Below are positions 29,801 to 36,800 of a stretch of DNA of 57,578 bases, one piece after another; positions within the stretch are counted from its first letter, which is position 1, and each line of letters opens with the position of its first letter. Made by a program: the position numbers and the translations under genes. A model generated the notes under the pieces. The model did no database searches, had not been told where the DNA came from, and saw nothing but the letters and a program-made list of their open reading frames with translations. This DNA comes from Verrucomicrobiales bacterium (GTDB taxonomy: Bacteria; Verrucomicrobiota; Verrucomicrobiia; Limisphaerales; UBA9464): NCBI GenBank assembly GCA_005793375.1, contig SXSK01000045.1:1-57578 (forward strand), read 5' to 3'.

Positions 29801-32800
29801 TTCCTTCAACATCAGGGACGCGGATTCCGCAACGGTGAACCTGACAGCAACCTCGTCGGATCAGGCCTTGATCAAAAACGCTTCTATCGCCGTAACCCGT
29901 GGCATTGGAGGTAGTTTACCTGGTGTTCAGACAAACACTGTGGTTGTGACACCCGAAGCAGGTGTGGAAGGAAAAGCAACAATCACGCTCACCATCACTG
30001 ATGGAACAACGACCAATGCGACTGCCTTCGACGTAACCATCCGTCCCAGCCGCGATCGAGTCTTCGGAAACTCCAGCGAACTGGTGATTAATGGTAATGG
30101 CCCTGCGGCGACCTACCCATCCACCGTCGAAGTCAGTGGCTTGTCCGGTAAGATTAGAAAACTTGTGGTAAATCTCAATGGCTTCGCACACCGATTCCCT
30201 GATGACGTGGACATGCTATTGGTTGGTCCTCGTGGTGAAAAAATGGTGTTAATGAGCGATGCTGGTGGTGGAAGCTCAGTCACCAACCTTAACCTCAAGT
30301 TCGATGACCAAGCCTCCACGGTTGTTTCCGATGTGAGTTTGGCTTCCGGCACATTCCGTCCCTTCAATTATGAGGGAACGAGTAACGACAGTTTCTCGAG
30401 CCCAGCTCCTGCAGGGCCGTATGGAACGAATTTGGTGTCCTTCGTTGGAACATCACCAAATGGAACATGGTCCCTCTACATTACGGATGATACACCGTCC
30501 GATGCTGGAACCATCAAGAATGGTTGGAGTTTGGCCATCACCACTCAACCTCCCATCGAAGGATTGGCTGATACTACCATCGAGGAAGACTCGACCATTC
30601 GAATTCCCTTCACGATTGGCGAAGAAAGCTTCGTCCCAGCGGAATTCACTCTAAGTGCAGCATCTTCCAACTCCTCACTGGTTGTTGGAACCAATATCAC
30701 ATTCGCCGGATCCGGTACCAACTGGACTGCCACGCTCACCCCAGTGGCCAATGCATTCGGAACTAACGCGATTACATTTATCGCGGCGAGTGCCGACGGC
30801 TTGACTGTGAGTAACAAGTTTGCACTCACGGTGACGCCAGTGAATGACACTCCGTTCATTACTTCGGTCGCGGATCAGGTCATCACCGCAGGATCCAGCT
30901 TGGTCATTCCATTCAGCTACGGAGATGTGGAAACACCAAAACGAGATGTTGGATTCAGCATTCTGGTATCCAATACCGAGTTACTCCCCAACGGCAGTGT
31001 GTTTGTGAATGGGGACAACCTCGTGATCCTGCCTGTTGGTGTTCATACAGGCACCAGTCGGATCTCGATTAATGTGACCGATGCACAGGGACTTGCTAAC
31101 AGCAGCACGTTCACGGTGACTGTGTTCCCGAGCCAGAACCCGGTGTTTGCCAATGAAACGGGTATCAAGGTCGCGGACAACGCTCCGGGCGCGCCTTATC
31201 CTTCGACACTGACGGTCTCTGGAATCAGTGGAACGGTCAGCAAAGTCACCGTCACGCTGAACAGATTCAATCACGCCTTCCCTGACGACGTGGATGTCAT
31301 GCTCGTAGGACCGCAAGGCCAAAAGGTCATGCTCATGAGTGATGCGGGTGGTGGCAATCGACTCGTCGATGCTCGTCTCACCTTTGATGATTCGGCTGCT
31401 GCCAATGTGCCTGACAATGGTGTGATCAGCAGCGGTAGCTACAAGCCATCGAACTACGAAACTGAAAACATGGCGGCTCCGGCGCCAGCTGGCCCTTACA
31501 GCACGGCTCTCAGCGCCTTCAATGGGGTCGATCCGAATGGTGTGTGGTCCTTGTATGTTCAAGACGACACGGCTCCAGACGGTGGCACTATCCTCGCCGG
31601 TTGGCTCCTCAGCGTCGTCACCACGACACCGACCATTAGCGCCGTCGCTGATGTCGTCACGGATGAAGATGTCCCTGTCGTTGTCAACTTCCAGGTCGCT
31701 GATGCGGACACAGCGTTGACTAACTTGGTCGTCGAGGCCCGCAGCAGTGTTGACACTCTGTTGACCCTCAACTTGACCGGAACTGGAGGGAACCGAACTC
31801 TCACCATCACGCCCATTGCGAACCAAAGTGGGACTGAAACAATTACCCTCAGCGTGGGAGATGGAACGTCCTTCGCCCGAAGTCTGTTCAGTGTGACGGT
31901 GAACCCAGTTAACGATGCGCCAACGCTCAGCGCATTGTCGGACAAATCGACTCCCGCTAATCTGAACGCCTCGGTGTCGTTCACGGTCGGTGATGTTGAC
32001 GACGCTGTAACCAATTTGGTTACGGAAGTCTCTAGCTCGAATGCGGCGCTCGGTGTTGCCTCGATCAGCGGAGATGAGGCCGAACGAGTGCTGACCTTTA
32101 TTCCTGCCGGAACACTCGGAAACACAACAATTAGCGTCACGGTTAATGATGGAGACGCAACCGTTACCAAGACGTTTGTGCTGTCGGTTTTGGCGCCATT
32201 GGAGCCGAAGGTTGGTGACCTTCCGGACGTAACCATTAACGAAGACGGAACATTGCAGTTCGCAATATCAATTCAGAACGCCTCTGCAAATCTCACGGTC
32301 AGAGCATCGACTGATAATAAGAGCCTAGTGTCCAGTATTGGTCTGAGCGGTTTCGGACCGAATCGAAATGCTGTGGTGAATCTGGTTCCAGATGCCTCTG
32401 GAAGTGCGATCATCGTCGTCACAGCCCGGGACGACCTCGGTACCCGTACTGAGGCCTTCTTGCTCACGGTGTTGCCGGTCAATGATCCGGTCAGTCTGGA
32501 TCCGATCGTCGACCAGACCACCACATCTGATGTTGCGGCTATCGTGACACTGGGAATCACCGACAAGGACACGGACCGAGCCAATATGGTTTACTCGGCA
32601 ACCTTCTCGAACACGAACCTCGTGAGCGGTGTGCAGTTCGTGGATAACGGAACGGCAATGCAAGCCATTGTGAATCTAGTGACTAATCAGACTGGTTTGT
32701 CCTCGGTCACACTGACAGTCAGTGACGGTGGCAACAGCGTTTCTCGCTCATTCGCACTCCTGGTATCTGCGGCACCGAAAGCGCCTAGCATCAGTGAGAT

Positions 32801-33287
32801 TCTGGATGCGACCATCGATGCGAACACCTCGCTCACTACTGGCTTCACGATTAGTGGAACGCCTTCCTTCAGCCTCGTGGTTACGGGTGCATCGGAAAAC
32901 GTCGACTTGGTTTCTAGCGTCGTGATTAGTGGGGTTGGTTCCACTCGTTCCGCGCTGGTCACACTCGTGCCTAAGCGATCTGGTACGGCCACCATTACAG
33001 TAACCGCTGTCAATGAATTCGGGACGACCACGGAAAGCTTCGTACTCACGGTGGTTCCAGTTGTGGAACCGGAACCGGCTCTATTGGCCGCCAGTGTTGT
33101 TGAAGGTAACTTCACCATCGCTGTCACGGGAACTCCCAACGCTCAGCTCGTCATCGAAGGATCTTCTAATCTGAGTACTTGGACCACCGTCGGAAACATC
33201 ACCTTGGATGCAGCTGGCAAAGGCCAGTTCACTGTACCTGTAGCCGCCGTCGATGGTGCCAGGACGTATCGCGCTAGGAACCCCTAG
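23847..33287 (+). CDS. Giant secreted protein (3146 aa): 7 proprotein-convertase P domains, ~19 cadherin-like repeats and a Verrucomicrobia-type C-terminal domain
   Basis: Sec signal ending AFA-Q. Seven copies of PYPS...H.xPDD.D.LLVxPxG...LMSDAGGG...NPNG.W.LY..D. Repeated TxED...PVND.P Ig-like units. C-terminus IEGSSNLSTW...RTYRAR. Confidence 0.9.
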   Translation: MNSTHVYLLRRLCVFVVAVAAMVLSFGKAFAQFTLTQTVPITINDNSTASPYPSAIVSSNLLGIITKVTVTLTGMNHGYPDDVDVLLVGPNGKKVMLMSDTGGGVDLRGTDITFDATATPSLSDEGAIVTGTYKPTDINEAQEIFSTVTAPYENSLADFVGENPNNTWQLYVKDDSFSDAGFITSWSLNLFTTPLIGLVTNIVRTVEDVPGTLTLTLQDSSTAAAVLTVTGTSPNLSFVNTNGFSSTGTGLERTLTITPVANAFGTNTLTVTVSDGLGTASTNFTFIVTPVNDGPSISLSTNRVFTTAGNVTTTSNIVTAVISDIDTDISALVLSSVSANPSVVADGAAVFTAGTGGTNTVVIAPNAGATGAAIVSLRVSDGAITNSADVEVVVNPVTYAVFGNGAPIRINDATNATPYPSIFSVANIPGNIARLSVVLADVNHSNPADLKALLVSPSGRSVVLMGGAGGANALSRTRITFDENAAATIPNGAAITTGAYKTADYIPGTTLPAPAPSTNISTTGLSGLNGSDPNGTWSLYVIDTANGSTGAITGGFLVNIFPAPTINGIETKYFTDEDTAFTVNFTVADFDGTVTNVTVSSGDASLFTGVVTRTGNNVALVVTPGSNRFGTNTLSVVATDNNGFIETKTFTVGVRPVNDTPTLSNISKQTTRAGIPLGPIGFTVGDVESDPGTLVVTFGSSNQKLIPTSNIVLTGAGANRSMTIYPAGVLAGNAELTVFVSDGSASSSKTLEIAVTDAPNPLFENPGLITFNENTTASPYPASINVSGLLGSVASIKVTLIGFNHTGPDDADILLQGPTGKKVSLMSDAGGVNGVVNAQIVFDGASGNLLPDEAQIVSGTFAPSNYGGAEVFPQTTTNVVDSSLTTFVGTNPNGVWSLFVLDDETGNRGAQISGGWHLSIQTQPVLSSIPTQTTTEDTALRVGLLIGDSQPGVNYTITPTAGTPATLVKEFRLEGTGASRSLTIVPGGNLSGTNQINVSVSDGVTTSQTSFEFRVTPVDDLPAISGIADQRIAAGLPSAEIPFVVGDAETAAASITVVAVSGDTGLIPASGITLGGSGANRTIMLTPNGVRTGDTAITLTATDGTGQKFSRVFSVVVARNLSYANNTRINIRDRATGDPYPAAVTVPADVAGLVSSVSVTLLGFSHPYPDDVDVLLVSPEGRKVVLMSDAGGGVAASNLRMTFTSTGNLLPDEAALSSTTYQPADYEPGETLPAPAPTGAYSTSLDAFRGANPVGEWKLFVNDDTFPDGGSIEGGWFLILDVGPTLTTIGAQSTREDVPLVLPITINDSDTIASNVVMTATSSADSPANLLSSLRIEGLGATRNLIAAPSTNIFGTNLITLTLTDGRATNSATFGLTVTSVDDAPTVTTVTNLVNINEDGSTTVTFNYADIDSVVGNSNVVVVTSNQVLLPNHKNNIVLGGGAGTATLELTPLANQFGDTVVTFSITDRNSTTSTNVTLRVLPINDAPTFSVITNRTVIAGSPSEIIPFTVNDVETTSTDLSVRATSSNQALIPDSNIILDGTRVERSVQVTPIGVVGGTATINVIISDGALSVTNSFVVNVNPAPGSNFINTTPIVIRDNNTATPFPSTNVVSGVAGAVHRVFVTLDGLSHPVPDDIDMLLVGPAGQKVILMSDAGGRNPINNVRLRFDDLGQSLRDEGLIASGTNRPTDFEVSDAFPSGVPAGPYSDSLAVFKGTNPNGNWLLYVMDDSAPVAGRINNGWSITIESAPTIALTSSTLVTFNEDTTANSTFTIADPATTDLSTLQLSFSASNPTLMPAGSVTFSRSAGNITALLRPAAHEFGTNNLTLTVTRADGATSSTVVNMNVLPVNQPPTISRLTQKTTTEDLPLSFIFIVTDFDTVVTNLMLTATSGNPTLITSTNLLLLDSTNVLARMPSNEIRFTLRPNTDQIGNSLITITVTDKVDGGISPVISTFNFVVNGINDPPTITGVANIGTQAGAPSAAASFNIRDADSATVNLTATSSDQALIKNASIAVTRGIGGSLPGVQTNTVVVTPEAGVEGKATITLTITDGTTTNATAFDVTIRPSRDRVFGNSSELVINGNGPAATYPSTVEVSGLSGKIRKLVVNLNGFAHRFPDDVDMLLVGPRGEKMVLMSDAGGGSSVTNLNLKFDDQASTVVSDVSLASGTFRPFNYEGTSNDSFSSPAPAGPYGTNLVSFVGTSPNGTWSLYITDDTPSDAGTIKNGWSLAITTQPPIEGLADTTIEEDSTIRIPFTIGEESFVPAEFTLSAASSNSSLVVGTNITFAGSGTNWTATLTPVANAFGTNAITFIAASADGLTVSNKFALTVTPVNDTPFITSVADQVITAGSSLVIPFSYGDVETPKRDVGFSILVSNTELLPNGSVFVNGDNLVILPVGVHTGTSRISINVTDAQGLANSSTFTVTVFPSQNPVFANETGIKVADNAPGAPYPSTLTVSGISGTVSKVTVTLNRFNHAFPDDVDVMLVGPQGQKVMLMSDAGGGNRLVDARLTFDDSAAANVPDNGVISSGSYKPSNYETENMAAPAPAGPYSTALSAFNGVDPNGVWSLYVQDDTAPDGGTILAGWLLSVVTTTPTISAVADVVTDEDVPVVVNFQVADADTALTNLVVEARSSVDTLLTLNLTGTGGNRTLTITPIANQSGTETITLSVGDGTSFARSLFSVTVNPVNDAPTLSALSDKSTPANLNASVSFTVGDVDDAVTNLVTEVSSSNAALGVASISGDEAERVLTFIPAGTLGNTTISVTVNDGDATVTKTFVLSVLAPLEPKVGDLPDVTINEDGTLQFAISIQNASANLTVRASTDNKSLVSSIGLSGFGPNRNAVVNLVPDASGSAIIVVTARDDLGTRTEAFLLTVLPVNDPVSLDPIVDQTTTSDVAAIVTLGITDKDTDRANMVYSATFSNTNLVSGVQFVDNGTAMQAIVNLVTNQTGLSSVTLTVSDGGNSVSRSFALLVSAAPKAPSISEILDATIDANTSLTTGFTISGTPSFSLVVTGASENVDLVSSVVISGVGSTRSALVTLVPKRSGTATITVTAVNEFGTTTESFVLTVVPVVEPEPALLAASVVEGNFTIAVTGTPNAQLVIEGSSNLSTWTTVGNITLDAAGKGQFTVPVAAVDGARTYRARNP

Positions 33288-33380
33288 TCGATGAACTAGC
33301 TGAAACCTCAGCCCTTCGGATTCCAATCCAAAGGGCGAAGGGAAGTAGGCGACGGGGCTGACCTAGCTCCTCAGACAAGC

Positions 33381-33412
33381 GGCCCGGTCGATCTCGACCG
33401 GGCCTTTTCTTT
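33381..33412 (+). terminator. Intrinsic terminator of the giant-protein gene
   Basis: Stem GGCCCGGTCG, loop ATCT, stem CGACCGGGCC, followed by TTTTCTTT. Confidence 0.85.
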
Positions 33413-33459
33413 GGGCGCATCTCCAAGTGGTCGGTGGTGCATTTGTTGTCTGGGTGGCC

Positions 33460-33530
33460 AGCCGTAGAGGCTACTCGCACTCCCGGAAATAAGGCGGCCT
33501 TTTGGAGTCGGGCAGGGACTGCCGTTTTCT
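33460..33530. repeat. Pair of REP-like palindromic units (degenerate reverse copy 33460-33483, forward copy 33501-33530)
   Basis: TTTGGAGTCGGGCAGGGACTGCCGTTTTCT matches 50037-50066 at 26/30 positions; the upstream AGCCGTAGAGGCTACTCGCACTCC resembles its reverse complement. Confidence 0.6.
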
Positions 33531-33759
33531 GCCCTACGCACCAGGAGATGTCCGTGAACGGGACGCTGACTGTATCGAAAGAGACCCCTCTGGCGTTACT
33601 AATGAACAGAATTTAACTTGCGATTGTCTCGGGGATCTCAAGGCATGCCCATAGGTTGAAACTGAGCTCGATACCGAGTTCATTGCTTCAAAGCACCCCG
33701 GCCAATTGGGGCCTATTCTTCTTGCATGCAAGGTGGAACGGAAGGAACCGGAGGGGTCT

Positions 33760-33783
33760 CGCGGAGGCGCGGAGACGCGGAGG
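33760..33783. repeat. 8-bp tandem triad CGCGGAGG-CGCGGAGA-CGCGGAGG
   Basis: Directly visible in the non-coding gap between convergent genes. Confidence 0.7.
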
Positions 33784-33897
33784 AAAGGGGCAAGACGGCC
33801 GTTTTTTGGATCATCCAATGTTTCTTGGCACACATTCCTTGGGTCAGGACTCGAACCAAGCGGCTAAAGGGGCTGCCATTGCCTTGGCTGGACGGAA

Positions 33898-35280
33898 TCA
33901 AAGAGCCTTCAATTTGATGTTTTTGAACCAACAAGGGGAACCGTGGTCTTGGAGACCAATGTAGCCTTTTTGAGGATGGTCCCGGTAGGCGATGTCGAAT
34001 TTGTGTTGAGTACCATCTGGCCGACGATTGGCGCTGGTAAACTTCGATAGATCAATCTCATTGACCCGCTCCCGATTGAGTTCGACTTCGATGCGGTAAT
34101 CGCGAGCAGTGAGCTGGAGGTGATTCCACTCACCTACGGGTCGCATCGCGTTGCGTGTCGGTTTGCACAAGTCGTATAAGGCACCGCTGTCGTGAAATCC
34201 CGCAGTGGTCGTATCGTCGAGTGCAATTTCAAGTCCATTGAATCCGACATCTTTTCCTGGGCTCGGCGTCAGTGAGGCTGTTCGGAGAAACACCCCACTG
34301 TTGCAGTGAGGACTGAGCTTGAAATCGAGCGCCAGGACAAAATTGGACCACTGTTGAGTGTGCACGAGCATGTAATGGCCGGCGCGGTGCGGGTTAAGGG
34401 TACCCTGTTGGATCGGGTTGCGAGGAGCCGAGCGGTCACTGTTCATCCATCCGGCAGACGTTTTGCCATCGAACAATAACTCCCAACCCTCCCGTTTCTC
34501 CACATCACTCAACGTATTGTCGGGAGTGTGTTGAAGGGATTTAACGCGGACATTTCGATAGCGGACATATTGTTTAGTAAAATCGCCGCCCCCATGTACT
34601 TGAAGGCCGATGGAGCCTCGATCCGGATGGCGTAGCGCTTCTGTGTCTTGCCAGTCGCAGAACTTGACACCATTGATCCAGGTCGTGATAGCCGGGGGGT
34701 TTCCGACAATGCGGGCACGCAACTCGTTCCACTCGCCATGGCGCCAGAATTTTGGCCACGCTTCTGGGCGCACCGGTAGCGATGGTTTCAGAGGGGCGAT
34801 GACTTCTCGAATTTCGGTGACTCGTTCCAAAAATGAAAAACTGCGAAGGCTAGGCCGGGCGCCCAGGCCTCCTTCGCCGTAGATACCCATCAGATTCCCG
34901 TTGGCGTGGTAATCGATCATGGCCTGGAAGGTGGTCCCATCTTCAGTGCTGCGGAGGAATAGGCCGCTATCGGGTCCAAAATCATTGTTCATCTCGAGTG
35001 CCACCTCGAAGTCTCCAAACAACTCGTCGGTAAGAATGATCCCTCCATTGCCAGGGATATCTTGCGAACCAACAATGGCACCCTGTTCGATCACCCACTT
35101 ACCACCGGATTGATTTCCGCTGGCACGACTGTGTCCTGTCTTGGAACTAGTATGCCAGCCATTGAGTGTTTTACCGTCGAAGAGGGGCCTGAATCCTTCG
35201 GCGTCAACCTCGGCGGCACGAAGGGTCAAGGACGCCAGGAACGCCGTTAGAATTATTGGGACTAAATGCTTGGGGTTCAT
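33898..35280 (-). CDS. Secreted tandem DUF1080 (3-keto-glycoside lyase/hydrolase-like) protein
   Basis: Signal peptide. Two domains: GFRPLFDGKTLNGW...DSGLFLR...GEWN...GSIGLQVHGG...YRNVRVK and GWELLFDGK...NSGVFLR...GEWNH...GYIGLQDHG...FKNIKLK. Confidence 0.92.
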   Translation of the reverse strand: MNPKHLVPIILTAFLASLTLRAAEVDAEGFRPLFDGKTLNGWHTSSKTGHSRASGNQSGGKWVIEQGAIVGSQDIPGNGGIILTDELFGDFEVALEMNNDFGPDSGLFLRSTEDGTTFQAMIDYHANGNLMGIYGEGGLGARPSLRSFSFLERVTEIREVIAPLKPSLPVRPEAWPKFWRHGEWNELRARIVGNPPAITTWINGVKFCDWQDTEALRHPDRGSIGLQVHGGGDFTKQYVRYRNVRVKSLQHTPDNTLSDVEKREGWELLFDGKTSAGWMNSDRSAPRNPIQQGTLNPHRAGHYMLVHTQQWSNFVLALDFKLSPHCNSGVFLRTASLTPSPGKDVGFNGLEIALDDTTTAGFHDSGALYDLCKPTRNAMRPVGEWNHLQLTARDYRIEVELNRERVNEIDLSKFTSANRRPDGTQHKFDIAYRDHPQKGYIGLQDHGSPCWFKNIKLKAL

Positions 35281-35325
35281 AGACGAGATGGAAGGTGCGG
35301 GTTTCGCTAAGAGACGCGTGAGTTC

Positions 35326-36600
35326 TCAGGACGCAATAACACGCTCCGTTTTGGAATCCCAAAGCATGGTTTTGCGTTGGCGATAACTCTCTACCGCCAT
35401 TTTAATCGCGACCATGGTGGCGCACCCAAGCTCGACATTACAGTGAACAGGACCGTTTCCACGCATGGCATCGATCCAATTATTTTGCATATCTCGCCGG
35501 GGCTCGAGGGCAATCCGGGTCTCCTCCTTTCCGTCGTTCTTGGCCTTAAACTCTTCCTTGAAGTCGCCGTTCCAACGAAGGCTGGGTTCACCACCCAACT
35601 CCATAGTTCCGTATTTGCCGTAGATGCGATCAGGAATCCCAGCGTCGTTGGTGAGTGTGCTCACCAGAAAGAGCGACCATTCATTGGTGAAATCCGCAGT
35701 GAGCATGAACATGTCCGGAATTTCACGCCCGTCCTTTTCAATATATAGGCCGCCATTGGCATTCACGCGCAAGGGATACTCCCCGTTCGAACCCGCGATG
35801 GCGATCAGCAGCGGGGCCAGTTTGTGGTATAGCAAGTCCGTGGCGACGCCACCGTTGTACGGGAAGTATTTTCGGAACCGGAAGTAATGCTCCGGTGTCC
35901 ATGGGATCTTGGGCGCGAGTCCATACTCGTGTCCGAGCCAGCGATCCCAGTCGATGAAATCCTCGCCGGTTTTGTCGGGACCAGCGGTGGGATCGATTTT
36001 TTGGTGCTCGTTGAAAAGGCAGATCCTGGCGTTGCGGTTGTAGCTTCCGTGAGCCCAGGTCACCTTGCCAATGCGGCCTTCGGCGATGGCCTGCCGCGCT
36101 TTCCAATAGGAATCGTTGGCGGTCGCATTGGGTCCAACCTGGAAAATCTTCTTCTGTTTGCGAACCGCGTTTCGAACTTGGATGGCCTGTTCGACCGTAT
36201 GGGTCATCGGCTTCTCGCAGTACACATGTTTGCCCGATTCAAGCGCCTCGATGCTGATCTTGGCGTGCCAATGGTCCGGAGTGGCGATAAGTACGGCATC
36301 AATATCATTTCGATCGAGCAGGCGCCGATAGTCCAAGTAGCCTTCGCCCTTGCAGATCCCTTTGGCCCGGTTCACGCGCCGTTGAAACACATCACTCACC
36401 GCAACCACTTGAATGGTCTCCTTTTCCGATTTGTCCACGAGTCCCCGGACGTGGCCAGTGCCCATGCCACCGACGCCAATCACACCGATGCGAATACGGT
36501 CATTGGCTCCGGCAGCTCGAGACTGATTGAGTGCTGTGAGGGCGAGGGAGGATGTCGCCAAGGCAGACGACTTCACAAAGGAACGACGGGAGAGGTGCAT
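35326..36600 (-). CDS. Tat-exported Gfo/Idh/MocA oxidoreductase
   Basis: SRRSFVK twin-Arg; IRIGVIGVGGMG, DAVLIATPDHWH, KHVYCEKP. Confidence 0.93.
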   Translation of the reverse strand: MHLSRRSFVKSSALATSSLALTALNQSRAAGANDRIRIGVIGVGGMGTGHVRGLVDKSEKETIQVVAVSDVFQRRVNRAKGICKGEGYLDYRRLLDRNDIDAVLIATPDHWHAKISIEALESGKHVYCEKPMTHTVEQAIQVRNAVRKQKKIFQVGPNATANDSYWKARQAIAEGRIGKVTWAHGSYNRNARICLFNEHQKIDPTAGPDKTGEDFIDWDRWLGHEYGLAPKIPWTPEHYFRFRKYFPYNGGVATDLLYHKLAPLLIAIAGSNGEYPLRVNANGGLYIEKDGREIPDMFMLTADFTNEWSLFLVSTLTNDAGIPDRIYGKYGTMELGGEPSLRWNGDFKEEFKAKNDGKEETRIALEPRRDMQNNWIDAMRGNGPVHCNVELGCATMVAIKMAVESYRQRKTMLWDSKTERVIAS

Positions 36601-36800
36601 GCACTCCTTTGTGCCATGTCGGCTGGGTGACGTCCAGCCAGTGGAAAGGAACCCGTGAAAATTTCTTTAACCGGCCTGAAGCTTCGTGGCGTCCAGGGTT
36701 AGCCATTCATGGTCACCAGACGGTACATGGCTTGGCGACGCTGCCGGGCGCTGTTTTCTTCGTTGGCCAAAGACGGAGAATTCTGGGTAGATGCAACGCC

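Noticed and set aside
24299-33139. Many antisense ORFs of 80-280 aa within the giant gene
   Set aside because: Antisense shadows of Thr/Val/Ser-rich repeats; no independent coding signal.
23847-33287. Giant gene as a CRISPR-like array, DGR target or recent tandem amplification
   Set aside because: Repeats are visible at protein level but diverged in DNA; no identical spaced repeats, cas genes or reverse transcriptase.
33534-33964. Short ORFs in the gap after the giant gene
   Set aside because: Overlapping, motif-free and partly translated from the 8-bp repeat (RRRGDAE); treated as non-coding.
36552-36800. Upstream extension of the metallohydrolase ORF
   Set aside because: Overlaps the divergent Gfo gene start; a signal-peptide-like start at 36801 is more plausible.
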